Part shown: positions 54,793 through 64,000 of the stretch, piece by piece
Numbering within the stretch: position 1 is the stretch's first letter
How the letters are laid out: each line of letters starts with the position of its first letter
Assembly: GCF_001725415.1 (NCBI RefSeq)
Contig: NZ_MEGH01000019.1
Coordinates: 2,795 to 66,794, forward strand
Length of the DNA stretch: 64,000 nucleotides
Reading direction: 5' to 3'
From: Pseudonocardia sp. SCN 73-27
Lineage (GTDB): Bacteria; Actinomycetota; Actinomycetes; Mycobacteriales; Pseudonocardiaceae
Notes under the pieces: generated by a model
Told to the model about the DNA's origin: nothing
Database searches by the model: none
The model's input: only the letters and a program-made list of their open reading frames with translations
Program-made: the position numbers and the translations under genes

Positions 54793-56505
54793 TCAACGGG
54801 CGGCGAGATCGCCGTCGACGTAGCGGGTGCCGCGGGAGACGCTCGCCGCGGCGGCGATCAGGCAGGCGGCGATCGCGAACCCGAACGCGATGTGCAGGCC
54901 GGCCTGGAAGGGCCCGGAGATCAGGTCGGGGAAGAAGGTGTTGCCGGTGACCGCGGCGACGTCGGCGGGCGGCATCTGGGCGAGCACACCGTCGCCGAGC
55001 AGGTGCTGCATCGGGTTGTAGCCCAGGAACGCGGCGAACAGCACCGACACGGGCGGACTCGACGCGACGGCCTGCGCGGCGGCCGCCGGGACGTGGTGTG
55101 CCTCCAGGCCGGACACGAGCGTCGGCGGGAGCGCGGCGGCCAGCCCGGCGATCATCAGCGAGAAGAAGATGCCGATGGAGAAGACCTGGGCGGAGTTCTG
55201 GAAGGTGGAGTTCATGCCGCCACCGGCGCCGCGGTCGCCGACGGGCAGGCTGTTCATCACGGCGGCCCGGTTGGGAGCGGCGAAGCAGCCCATGGCGAGC
55301 CCGTTGAGCAGCAGGATCCCGGCGAACGCCCAGTAGGGGAAGTCGATCGGGAGCAGTTCGAGCAGCAGGAACGTGAGGGCGGCGGCGAGCATGCCGCCGG
55401 TGGCGAACCAGCGGGCGCCGAAACGGTCGGACAGGTAGCCGGAGACGGGTCCGGCGGCGAGGAACCCGACCGTCAGCGGCAGCATGTGGATGCCCGCCCA
55501 GAGCGGCGTCTCCTCGAACGTGTAGCCGTGCAGCGGCAGCCAGATCCCCTGCAACCAGATGATCAGCATGAACATCAGGCCGCCGCGGCCGAGGGCGGAC
55601 AGGAACGTCGACAGGGTGCCGAACGTGAACGCGCGGATCCGGAACAGCGGCAGCCGGAACATGGGGAACCGCACGCGTCGTTCGATGGCGGCGAAGGCCA
55701 GCAGAAGCACGATCCCGCCGGCGAGCGAGCCGAGGACGAGCGGGCTCGTCCAGCCCATGGTGTGCCCCGCGTAGGGCTGGATGCCGTGGGTGATGCCGAC
55801 CATCACGAGGACCAGCCCGACGGCGAAGGTGATGTTGCCGAGCCAGTCGACGGGCTGGTGGGAGCGGGTGCCGACGTCGCGCAGCCGCCGGTATGCCCAC
55901 ACGGCGCCGAAGATGCCGCAGGGCACGGAGATCAGGAAGACGAGCCGCCAGTTGATCGGGGCGAGCAGCCCGCCGAGGACGAGCCCGATGAAGGTGCCGC
56001 TGATGCCGGCGACGTTGTTGATGCCCAGGGCCAGGCCGCGCTGGTGGGCGGGGAAGGCGTCGGTGAGGATCGCGCCGGAGTTGCCGACGAGGAACGCCCC
56101 GCCGATGCCCTGCACGATCCGCCAGACCAGCAGCCAGATGGCGCCGGCGTGCCCGGTCATCCAGGTGATCGTCAGCATCAGGGACGCGAAGGTGTAGACG
56201 ACGAAGCCGAGGTTGTACATCTTCACGCGGCCGAACAGGTCGCCGAGGCGGCCGACGCTGACGACGAGGACGCTGCTGGTCACGAGGTAGCCGAGGATCA
56301 TCCACAGCAGGTAGAAGCTGTTCTCGGGGAGCAGCGGGTCGAGCTGGATGCCGCGGAAGATGTCGGGCATCGCGATGAGCATGATCGAGGCGTCGATGGT
56401 CGCGAGGAGGACGCCGACGGTGGTGTTGGTGAGCGCGACCCACTTGTAGCGGTCGTCGCGCGGGGTGGGGCGGGTGGCCGTCGCGACGTCGTCCGTAGTG
56501 GCCAC
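54793..56505 (-). CDS. DHA2-family (14-TM) MFS efflux transporter
   Basis: GRLGDLFGR, RIVQGIG, NWRLVFLISVP and GYLSDRFGAR. Confidence 0.92.
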   Translation of the reverse strand: MATTDDVATATRPTPRDDRYKWVALTNTTVGVLLATIDASIMLIAMPDIFRGIQLDPLLPENSFYLLWMILGYLVTSSVLVVSVGRLGDLFGRVKMYNLGFVVYTFASLMLTITWMTGHAGAIWLLVWRIVQGIGGAFLVGNSGAILTDAFPAHQRGLALGINNVAGISGTFIGLVLGGLLAPINWRLVFLISVPCGIFGAVWAYRRLRDVGTRSHQPVDWLGNITFAVGLVLVMVGITHGIQPYAGHTMGWTSPLVLGSLAGGIVLLLAFAAIERRVRFPMFRLPLFRIRAFTFGTLSTFLSALGRGGLMFMLIIWLQGIWLPLHGYTFEETPLWAGIHMLPLTVGFLAAGPVSGYLSDRFGARWFATGGMLAAALTFLLLELLPIDFPYWAFAGILLLNGLAMGCFAAPNRAAVMNSLPVGDRGAGGGMNSTFQNSAQVFSIGIFFSLMIAGLAAALPPTLVSGLEAHHVPAAAAQAVASSPPVSVLFAAFLGYNPMQHLLGDGVLAQMPPADVAAVTGNTFFPDLISGPFQAGLHIAFGFAIAACLIAAAASVSRGTRYVDGDLAAR

Positions 56506-56558
56506 GCCTCACTCCAGCATTTTTGCTTGATACAAGGCAACTACTTGCGACGAAGAAG

Positions 56559-56588
56559 GCGCCGGGCGGTCGGGGGACCGCCCGGCGC
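56559..56588 (-). terminator. Intrinsic terminator-like hairpin after the 56609-57385 gene
   Basis: Perfect 13-bp stem GCGCCGGGCGGTC-GGGG-GACCGCCCGGCGC, followed on the minus strand by CTTCTT. Confidence 0.65.
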
Positions 56589-56608
56589 GTGGCCGTCGGG
56601 AGTGCGGA

Positions 56609-57385
56609 TCAGGCGGGAAGGGCGGCGGTGATCTTGTTCAGCACCGGGGCGTAGCCGGTTTTCGAGAACCGCTCGAAGCCGCTCATCGTGATCGTGTAGC
56701 CGCCCTTGCCGGTGACCGCGACCGCCTCGCCGCCGAGCTCCTTGGTCGCGACGTACCCCTTGCCGCCGGCCAGGTCCGACACCGCGTCGTACTGCCCGCT
56801 CGCCTGCTCGCGCAGGGTGTCGAGCATGATCTCGCCGGTCGAGGCGCTGGTCGTCGTGATGCTCAGCTGGGCGGTGCCCTTGCCGTCGCCGAAGAGGCAG
56901 CTGCCGTCGTCCTTCATCTGCTGGCCGACGATCGAGCTGATCTGTGCGGCCGTGAACGGGCAGGCCGGCGCCGTGCTGGCGGCGCCACCGGCGAAGGCGG
57001 TGTCCTGCGGGCCGGGGCCGGCGTCGGCCGTGCCCGTGGCGGGCGCCTCCGTCGTCGAGACCGCGGCCGGCTTCGCCCCACCCGAGCCGAAGGGCAGCGT
57101 GCCGCCCAGTGCCCAGTACGCGGCGCCCCCACCGACGACGAGCACGGCGAGCACGACGACGACGATCGTCGCGATCGACCTGCCCGACCCGGAACGGCTG
57201 GGCGCGATGTGGGTGTCACCGGCGCGGGACGGCGCCTGCGGCGGCGCGTAGCCCTGCGGCGGGTGGTAGCCGGGAGCCTCGCCGTAGCTGCGGGCGCCGG
57301 GCACCGGCGGGCGCGGCGGCGGAGGCGGGTAGCCCTGGCCGGGCTGCTGACCGTAGTGGGCGGGGCCGTTGCCGTAGGGGGTCAT
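56609..57385 (-). CDS. Single-pass membrane protein with Pro/Gly/Tyr-rich N-terminus and DUF3558-like extracellular domain
   Basis: Low-complexity N-terminus, TM, then ACPF...SCLF two-Cys domain. Confidence 0.7.
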   Translation of the reverse strand: MTPYGNGPAHYGQQPGQGYPPPPPRPPVPGARSYGEAPGYHPPQGYAPPQAPSRAGDTHIAPSRSGSGRSIATIVVVVLAVLVVGGGAAYWALGGTLPFGSGGAKPAAVSTTEAPATGTADAGPGPQDTAFAGGAASTAPACPFTAAQISSIVGQQMKDDGSCLFGDGKGTAQLSITTTSASTGEIMLDTLREQASGQYDAVSDLAGGKGYVATKELGGEAVAVTGKGGYTITMSGFERFSKTGYAPVLNKITAALPA

Positions 57386-57578
57386 CGGGAGTCTCCTTCA
57401 TGGGGGCGGGGGGGCTCCCGCATGAGAAGAATCGTGCCGATCCCGCGGCCTCCTCTCGATCGTGCCGTCCCCCGAGCCGGGTGGGGAGAACCCCCGCTCC
57501 GCCGCGCGTCGTTAGAACCTTGACTACGCCGCCCATGGCCGTTGACACTCGTGGCGTCCCTCGACGAGGAGAGGTCCC

Positions 57579-58175
57579 GTGGCCCGCCTGCATGCCGTCC
57601 CACCCCAGGATTTCGACCCCGCCCTGCGCGCAACGCTCGGCCCCGCCCTCGACGACCCCCAGGGCCTCGGCCTGCTGCGGGTCCTCGCCCAGCGACCCGA
57701 TGTCGCGCAGGCATTCCTCGCGTTCCGCAGCGCCCTCACAGCGAGCTCGACGCTGTCGCCGCGGCTCGTCGAGCTCGTCCGGCTGCGCATCGCGTTCCAC
57801 AACCAGTGCCGCAGCTGCATGGCCCTGCGCACCGCGACCGGCGCGGCCGACGGCGTCACCGAAGGCCTCGTGTGCTCGCTGGAGAAGCCGGCGGAGGCGC
57901 CCGACCTCACCGATGCCGAGAAGGCCGCGCTGCGCTACGCCGACCTGTTCGCCACCGACCACCTCGCCGCCGACGAGGCCGTCTTCGACGACCTGCGCAC
58001 GTACTTCACCGAACCCGAGATCGTCGAGCTGGGCGTGCAGATCGGCGTGTTCGTCGGCTTCGGGCGGCTCTCGGCGACCTGGGACATCGTCGACGACCTG
58101 CCCGAGCGCTTCCGCGACCGCGACGACCTGGTGACGCCGTGGGGCGCCGACGCGGTGGTGGCCGACCACCGCTGA
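57579..58175 (+). CDS. Carboxymuconolactone decarboxylase / AhpD-like protein
   Basis: LSPRLVELVRLRIAFHNQCRSC, ALRYAD and FTEPEIVELG. Confidence 0.85.
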   Translation: MARLHAVPPQDFDPALRATLGPALDDPQGLGLLRVLAQRPDVAQAFLAFRSALTASSTLSPRLVELVRLRIAFHNQCRSCMALRTATGAADGVTEGLVCSLEKPAEAPDLTDAEKAALRYADLFATDHLAADEAVFDDLRTYFTEPEIVELGVQIGVFVGFGRLSATWDIVDDLPERFRDRDDLVTPWGADAVVADHR

Positions 58176-58214
58176 TACCTGGCCCCGGCGGGCGTCGGAG
58201 AGGACGATGCCCGC

Positions 58215-58952
58215 GTGAGCAGCGCGATCGCGGCCGTCGCCGCGACCATGCAGGAACGGCTCGACGCGATGCCGCCGGGCCGCGCCGCGCAACGCGACTT
58301 CCTCGGCACCTACCGGCGCACGACCCTCGCCGTCGGCGAGGCCGTCGACTGCGGCGTGTTCGAGGACCCGGGATGGGTCGACGAGTGGGACGTCGCCTTC
58401 GCCGGCCTCTACCTGGCAGCTCTCGACGCCGACCTCGCCGGCGACGCGCCCCCGCGGCCGTGGCGCCTGGCGTTCGGGGCGCGGGAGTCGCTGCCGTCGC
58501 TGATCCACGTCCTGCTCGGGGTGAACGCGCACGTCAACTACGACCTGCCGCAGGCCCTGCTCGCCGTCATCCCCGACGAGGGGTTCGCCGACCCGGCGCT
58601 GCTCGACCTGCGCCGCCGCGATCACGAGCGCATCGACGGCATCCTCTCCGCACGGGTCGCGGCCGAGGACGATGAGCTTGCCGCACGATCGGCGCGCCGG
58701 CTGCTCGACCGCATCCTCGCACCCCTGAACCGCCGGGCGTCGCGACGGTTCCTGCGGGAGTCACGGCAGAAGGTGTGGCACAACGCGATCGAGCTGCAAC
58801 GCGCCCGACTCGCCGGCCCGGACGCCTACACAGCACGGCTCGCCGAGCTGGAGGTCCTGGCTGCGGCGAAGATCGCCGACCTGCTGGCGCCGGGCCAGGT
58901 GCTGCTGCGACTGTCCGTCGCCGGCTTCGGGGTCACCCTGCCCCCGCCCTGA
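58215..58952 (+). CDS. DUF5995-like protein
   Basis: FLGTYRRTT, WDVAFAGLY, LLGVNAHVNYDLP and DHERID. Confidence 0.75.
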   Translation: MSSAIAAVAATMQERLDAMPPGRAAQRDFLGTYRRTTLAVGEAVDCGVFEDPGWVDEWDVAFAGLYLAALDADLAGDAPPRPWRLAFGARESLPSLIHVLLGVNAHVNYDLPQALLAVIPDEGFADPALLDLRRRDHERIDGILSARVAAEDDELAARSARRLLDRILAPLNRRASRRFLRESRQKVWHNAIELQRARLAGPDAYTARLAELEVLAAAKIADLLAPGQVLLRLSVAGFGVTLPPP

Positions 58953-58971
58953 TCAGGGGTCGCTCACAGGG

Positions 58972-60978
58972 CTAGATCTCGATGCGGGAGCCCATCACGA
59001 CGGTGCGCTCCAGGGGCAGCTTGAAGAACGCCGCGGGGGTCGCCGCGTTGTGCGAGAGCCCGATGAACAGCCGCGTCCGCCACGACGCCATCTCGCCCGA
59101 CCCGCCACGCTCGATCGTCAGCCGCGACAGGAAGTACGAGGCGGTGTCGACGTCGAGGTCCAGCTCCGTGGCCAGTGACCGGCAGTCGCGCAGCAGCTGC
59201 GGGATGTCGGGCGCGTCCTGGAACCCGAACCGCGCCGTGACGTGCACGATCCCGTCCTCGGAGTCGCCCAGGTCGTCGACGGTGAGCCGCTCGCTCAGCG
59301 GCACGTACGGCACGTTCAGCGACTGCACCGATACGATGATCACCTGCTCGTGCAACACCTTGTTGAACTCGACGTTGGCGCGCAACGCCAGCGGCGCCGT
59401 CTGGTTGGTGGGGTGCGGGAAGACGGCGATGCCGGGGACGCGGGCGACGTGGTCGTCGTGCAGCTTCTGCACGAAGTCGTCCAGCGGTCCCTCGAGGTCG
59501 ATCCGCCTGCCGGTGACGATCTGGCGGCCGCGCTGCCACGTCGTCATCACGGTGACGACGATCGCCGCGATCAGCAACGGCAGCCAGCCGCCGTGGGGGA
59601 TCTTGGTGACGTTCGCGGCGAAGTAGAGCAGCTCCAGCCCTCCGAAGACGACGCCGGTGAGCACGAGCTGCCACACCGGCCAGCGCCAGTGGGTGGCGGC
59701 GTACATGAGGAAGAGCGTCGTCGTCAGTATCAGGGTGCCGGTGACGGCGAGGCCGTATGCGGTGGCCAGCTTGCCCGACGACTGGAACGTCACCATCAGC
59801 ACCAGCACCCCTGCGAACAGCAGCCAGTTCACCGCGGGCACGTAGATCTGGCCGCTCTCCCGCGTCGACGTGTGCTTGACCGTGAGCGTCGGCAGGTAGC
59901 CCAGCCGCACCGCCTGCCGCGACACCGAGAACGCGCCGGAGATGACGGCCTGGGAGGCGATGACCGTCGCGAAGGTCGCGAGGACGACCAGCGGCCAGCG
60001 CGCCCAGCCGGGGGCGAGCAGGTAGAACGGGTTGTCGATCGCCGTGGGGTCCTCGAGGATCAGCGCCGCCTGGCCGAGGTAGTTCAGGATCAGCGCCGGC
60101 CACACGATCGCGAACCACGACACCCGGATGGGCCGCTTCCCGAAGTGCCCCATGTCGGCGTACAGCGCCTCGGCGCCGGTGATCGACAGGACCACCGCGC
60201 CCATCGCGATGAACGCCGTGAACGGGTGGTCGACGATGAAGCCGACGATGTAGGTCGGCGACAGCCCGCCCAGCACCGTCGGGTGCGTGAGGACGTGCGG
60301 CACGCCCAGCACGGCCAGGGCGACGAACCACAGCACCATGATCGGCCCGAACAGCCGTCCGACGCGGTGCGTGCCGAAGCGCTGCGCCACGAACAGCAGC
60401 GCGAGGATGCCGATCCCGATGGGCAGCACCAGGTCCGCGAGCCCGGGCTCGGCGACCTCCAGGCCCTCGACGGCCGACAGCACCGAGATGGCCGGGGTGA
60501 TCAGCGAGTCGCCGTAGAACAGCGACGCCCCCAGGACCCCGAGGAGCAGCGCCAGCGCCGCCCGCCGGGGATGCGTCTTGGTCACCTCGCGGACCAGCGC
60601 GGCGAGCGCCATGATGCCGCCCTCGCCGTCGTTGTCGGCACGCAGGATGAACGACACGTACTTGATCGTCACGACGATCGTCACCGACCAGAAGATCAGC
60701 GACACGATCCCGTAGACGTCCGACGGCGTCGGCTTGACGGCGCCGCCGTCGATCGAGAAGACCGTCTGCATCGCGTACAGCGGGCTGGTGCCGATGTCGC
60801 CGAACACGATCCCCAGTGCACCGAGCGCGAGGCCGGCGAGACCGCCGCCGTGCGCCGCCGGATGGTCGGGGTTCCCGATGGCCGGCCGGGGTGCGGACGG
60901 CGGCGGTTCGACGGGCTCGAGAGCCCCGGCCTCCGCGACGGCGGAGGGCTCTGCGTCGGTCACCCGCACAGTGTGCAC
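58972..60978 (-). CDS. kup: KUP/HAK/KT-family potassium transporter
   Basis: FGDIGTSPLY, ADNDGEGG, TPAISVLSAVEG, GAEALYADMGHF, GQIYVP and FGFQD. Confidence 0.96.
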   Translation of the reverse strand: MHTVRVTDAEPSAVAEAGALEPVEPPPSAPRPAIGNPDHPAAHGGGLAGLALGALGIVFGDIGTSPLYAMQTVFSIDGGAVKPTPSDVYGIVSLIFWSVTIVVTIKYVSFILRADNDGEGGIMALAALVREVTKTHPRRAALALLLGVLGASLFYGDSLITPAISVLSAVEGLEVAEPGLADLVLPIGIGILALLFVAQRFGTHRVGRLFGPIMVLWFVALAVLGVPHVLTHPTVLGGLSPTYIVGFIVDHPFTAFIAMGAVVLSITGAEALYADMGHFGKRPIRVSWFAIVWPALILNYLGQAALILEDPTAIDNPFYLLAPGWARWPLVVLATFATVIASQAVISGAFSVSRQAVRLGYLPTLTVKHTSTRESGQIYVPAVNWLLFAGVLVLMVTFQSSGKLATAYGLAVTGTLILTTTLFLMYAATHWRWPVWQLVLTGVVFGGLELLYFAANVTKIPHGGWLPLLIAAIVVTVMTTWQRGRQIVTGRRIDLEGPLDDFVQKLHDDHVARVPGIAVFPHPTNQTAPLALRANVEFNKVLHEQVIIVSVQSLNVPYVPLSERLTVDDLGDSEDGIVHVTARFGFQDAPDIPQLLRDCRSLATELDLDVDTASYFLSRLTIERGGSGEMASWRTRLFIGLSHNAATPAAFFKLPLERTVVMGSRIEI

Positions 60979-61159
60979 GGATCACGCCGCGTGGTCGTGG
61001 CGATCGTCGGCAGAGATGTGGCGCCCGTGCGGCACCGCACGTGACTGATCGCATACGCCCTGTTCAACGGCGTGGAGATCGACTCGCCGAGTTCCGCGGC
61101 CGCCCCCAGGCTCGGATGCAGGGCCGCAACGGCGCGACCCACGACCGGAAGGAACATCC

Positions 61160-61621
61160 ATGCGGTTCGTCCGTCTGTTCCGGCTTCCACTGCTGCTGCT
61201 CGCCCTGGCGGTCGGCGGCCTCGCGCTCGCCGCCCCGGCGAACGCGGGCACCCCCGCACCCGCGGGCCACCAGAGCCACGACTGGCACCCGCCCTCACCG
61301 CCGACGGTGAAGGTGAAGGGCGGGTCGACGTCGCTGACCGTCGACAAGTCGACAGCCGCGGTGCTCACCAAGAACAAGGTCACCGTCACGGCCGTCTACG
61401 GCGCGGGTGGTAAGGCCCCGACGTTCTGGTTCCCGATCACCGGCGGGTCGGTCGACCCGAAGACCGCCGCCGGCACGATCACCCACAGCGGTGGGCTGAA
61501 GATCGCGGCCGGGAAGACGCGGACCGCCGAGGCGGCCGCGGCGCTCAACTCGACGTTCCACGTCACGCTGTTCACCAAGGGCCTGTCGATCGGGACCGCG
61601 GCGGTGCACGCGCGGACCTGA
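61160..61621 (+). CDS. Secreted beta-rich protein, possibly internally deleted
   Basis: Signal peptide ending APANA, FPITGG, GTITHSGGL and AAAALNSTF; GAAGGA RBS. Confidence 0.65.
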   Translation: MRFVRLFRLPLLLLALAVGGLALAAPANAGTPAPAGHQSHDWHPPSPPTVKVKGGSTSLTVDKSTAAVLTKNKVTVTAVYGAGGKAPTFWFPITGGSVDPKTAAGTITHSGGLKIAAGKTRTAEAAAALNSTFHVTLFTKGLSIGTAAVHART

Positions 61622-61634
61622 CCCCCTGCACGGC

Positions 61635-61671
61635 AGAACGCCCCCGGACCGATGTGGTCCGGGGGCGTTCT
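61635..61671. terminator. Bidirectional terminator hairpin between convergent genes
   Basis: Perfect 16-bp stem AGAACGCCCCCGGACC-GATGT-GGTCCGGGGGCGTTCT. Confidence 0.8.
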
Positions 61672-61683
61672 CCGCGGGACGGC

Positions 61684-61785
61684 TCAGTGGTGGCCGTAGC
61701 CGCTGCTCGCGTGGCTGTAGTCGTCGTTCCAGTTCTTGTCGTGGTTGTTGTACTTCGAACCGGAGTGGCAGGAGGACTTGAACAT
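61684..61785 (-). CDS. Small ORF, 33 aa: MFKSSCHSGSKYNNHDKNWNDDYSHASSGYGHH
   Basis: AGAGG RBS 7 nt before ATG; nearly all codons end in G/C; stop is 12 nt before the terminator hairpin. Below the ORF-track cutoff. Confidence 0.7.
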   Translation of the reverse strand: MFKSSCHSGSKYNNHDKNWNDDYSHASSGYGHH

Positions 61786-61904
61786 TTGGGGGCCTCTATC
61801 CGTGGGGGTGGGGGTTCGTTCCGTTGAGGAGAACTCTGCCGTCCGCGGGCCCCGGTTTCGATCGAGTGCGCCCCCGTTCCCGAGGGGGCAGACCCCACTT
61901 CCCG

Positions 61905-63383
61905 TCAGAGGGGCGGCTCCCTGTCGGCCCAGGGCCGGGCGGCCTCCAGCTGCGTCGCCAGCGCCAGCAGCCGGCCCTCCCCGCCGAGCGGCCCCACGAA
62001 CTGCACCCCCAGCGGAAGCCCGTCGGGCGTCCGGTACAGCGGCACCGACATCGCCGGGCGGCCCGTGATGTTCGCGAGCTGCGTGTACGGCACCGGCGAC
62101 AGGTTCTGGTCGATCAAGGTGTCCAGCACGTTCGTCCTCGCCAGCAGCCCCGCCGCGTGCGCGCGCAGCAGCACCCGGCTCGCCCGCTGGATCGCCTCCG
62201 GCGCCGCGAGCTCACCGATCCGCACCGGCGGACGGGCCAGCGTCGGCGTCAGCAACAGGTCGTAGCGCTCGTGGAAGGCCGCGAGCCGGCGGGTGTGGTC
62301 GTTCCAACGGCCGTGCGCGGCGATGTACGTCGGTGCCGACGTCGCCCGGCCGACCGCCGCCATGACCTGCGTATCCAGCTCGAACGCCTCCGGCCCGCAC
62401 CCGGTGAGCGCGCGGGTCTCCGACACCTGCGCGGCGACCGCGGCGAACCACATCGTCAGGAAGTCCTTGGCCAGCTGTCGCTCGTCGACCCCGCTCGACG
62501 CAGCCTCCACCGTGTGGCCCGCCGCCTCCAGCAGCCCGGCCGCGTCCTCCACCGCTGCGACGGCCTGCGGGTCGACGGGTGTGCCGAGCGGTGAGGCCGT
62601 CGAGAAGCCGATGCGCAGTCCTCCCGGATCGCGACGGGCCTGGTCCGCGAACGGCTCCGCCGGCCTCGCCGCCGGGTACGGACCACCCGGGTCGGGGCCG
62701 GCGAGCACGTCCAGCATCGCCGCGGTGTCGCGCACCGTTCGCGACACGACGCCGTTCACCGCCGCACCATGGAGCCGCTCGGCGACGTCGGGCCCGTCGG
62801 GAAGCAGGCCGCGACCCGGCTTGAGCCCGAACAACCCGCAGCACGCGGCGGGGATGCGGATCGAGCCCCCGCCGTCGGACGCCCCCGCGACCGGCACCAC
62901 GCCCGCCGCGACCGCCGCCGCCGACCCGCCCGACGAGCCGCCCGGCGTGCGCCCGGTGTCCCACGGGTTGCGGCTCGGACCGTTGGCGTCCGGCTCGGTG
63001 ATCGCCTTCGCCCCGAACTCCGGGGTGTTCGTCTTCCCGAACGGGACGAGCCCTGCGTCGAGCCAGCGCCGCACGACGGTCGCGTGCACCGGCCGCGGGT
63101 ACGACGCCAACGAACGTGACCCGGCGCCCGTCGGCAGGCCGGCGTAGTGCTGGCCCAGGTCCTTGATCAGGAACGGGACCCCGGCGAACGGCCCCGACAA
63201 CGGCCCGGCGGCGCGGGCCCGGGCGATCTCGTACATCGGCCGCACGAGGGCGCGGATCCGCGGCTCGACCTCCTCGGTCCGCGCGATCGCCGTCTCCAGC
63301 AGCTCCGACGCGGAGACCTCGCCCTTGGCGACCAGCGCGGCCAGCCCGACGGCGTCGTGGCGGCGGTACTCGGTGTAGTCCAC
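61905..63383 (-). CDS. Amidase signature family enzyme
   Basis: GVPFLIKD (Lys), GKTNTPEFG, PGGSSGGS and DGGGSIRIPA. Confidence 0.95.
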   Translation of the reverse strand: MDYTEYRRHDAVGLAALVAKGEVSASELLETAIARTEEVEPRIRALVRPMYEIARARAAGPLSGPFAGVPFLIKDLGQHYAGLPTGAGSRSLASYPRPVHATVVRRWLDAGLVPFGKTNTPEFGAKAITEPDANGPSRNPWDTGRTPGGSSGGSAAAVAAGVVPVAGASDGGGSIRIPAACCGLFGLKPGRGLLPDGPDVAERLHGAAVNGVVSRTVRDTAAMLDVLAGPDPGGPYPAARPAEPFADQARRDPGGLRIGFSTASPLGTPVDPQAVAAVEDAAGLLEAAGHTVEAASSGVDERQLAKDFLTMWFAAVAAQVSETRALTGCGPEAFELDTQVMAAVGRATSAPTYIAAHGRWNDHTRRLAAFHERYDLLLTPTLARPPVRIGELAAPEAIQRASRVLLRAHAAGLLARTNVLDTLIDQNLSPVPYTQLANITGRPAMSVPLYRTPDGLPLGVQFVGPLGGEGRLLALATQLEAARPWADREPPL

Positions 63384-63467
63384 GTCGTGGCTCCTTCGCC
63401 GTCCGTCGGGGCGCGGCCGACACTAACGCGGTTCCGGAGCCCCGGGGCTAGCCTCCGAGGTGTGGCG

Positions 63468-64000
63468 ATGCTCGAGTTCGGTGACGACGAGGCCAGGCGG
63501 CTCGACCGCAGCTACGCGACCAGCGACGTCGTCGCGCAACGGGCGCAGACGCTCGACATGCTGCGGCTGCGGCGCGGCGAGTGCGTCCTCGACATCGGGT
63601 CCGGCCCCGGCTACCTGCTGGCGTCGATGGCCGAGGCCGTCGGCCCGGCCGGCTCGGTGCACGGCATGGACCCCAGCGAGGCGATGAACGCGCTGGCCCG
63701 GGAGCGGTGCGCGTCGATGCCGTGGACGACCGTCGGCACCGGTGACGCCCTCGCGCTGCCCTTCGACGACGAGTGCTTCGACGTCGCCGTCTGCACCCAG
63801 GTCTACGAGTACGTCGCCGACATGCCGACGGCCGTCGCGGAGCTGCGCCGGGTGCTGCGGCCGGGCGGGCGCGCGGTCGTGCTCGACACCGACTGGGACT
63901 CCCTGGTCTGGAACGTCGCCGACCGGGCCCTGCACGACCGGATCATCGACGCCTGGGAGGAACACCTCGCCGACTCCCGGCTGCCGCGGCGCCTCGCAGG
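63468..64000 (+). CDS. Class I SAM-dependent methyltransferase (partial, runs off the window)
   Basis: VLDIGSGPG, GDALALPFDDECFD and ELRRVLRPGG. Confidence 0.9.
   Translation, partial: MLEFGDDEARRLDRSYATSDVVAQRAQTLDMLRLRRGECVLDIGSGPGYLLASMAEAVGPAGSVHGMDPSEAMNALARERCASMPWTTVGTGDALALPFDDECFDVAVCTQVYEYVADMPTAVAELRRVLRPGGRAVVLDTDWDSLVWNVADRALHDRIIDAWEEHLADSRLPRRLA

Noticed and set aside
61684-64000. Small peptide, amidase and methyltransferase as a RiPP cluster
   Set aside because: No recognisable RiPP maturase, RRE, protease or exporter. The peptide has its own apparent promoter gap and the methyltransferase is divergent. The window edge limits certainty.

Overview
Very GC-rich actinomycete chromosomal window (GC judged by eye; F420-type LLM and mycothiol-type MDMPI genes support Actinomycetota). 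It is gene-dense with about 60 CDS. I saw no rRNA, tRNA or CRISPR array. The left end is a glycine/serine catabolic cluster (gcvP C-terminus, gcvT, gcvH, glyA, sdaA). The rest is accessory catabolic and regulatory DNA: (i) a FadR-controlled operon of DUF1097, TdnQ/AtdA1-like gamma-glutamyl ligase, nitrilase and glutamine amidotransferase, which is the best candidate for an undescribed pathway; (ii) a NovR/CloR-like class II aldolase, XRE-cupin, ferredoxin and MHS transporter module with a shared upstream 18-mer; (iii) two STAND-type LuxR regulator cassettes, each with a tiny companion protein and membrane proteins, one ending in a self-sufficient CYP102; (iv) a Rieske oxygenase, SDR, TetR and CoA-ligase operon; (v) a WYL, VOC, YdeI and TetR region; (vi) two gene-fragment graveyards, one begun by an IS21 remnant; (vii) an unannotated 33-aa His/Asn/Asp-rich small ORF. 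Many candidate operators can be read directly as palindromes. Family names come from motif recognition only, and no database search was run.
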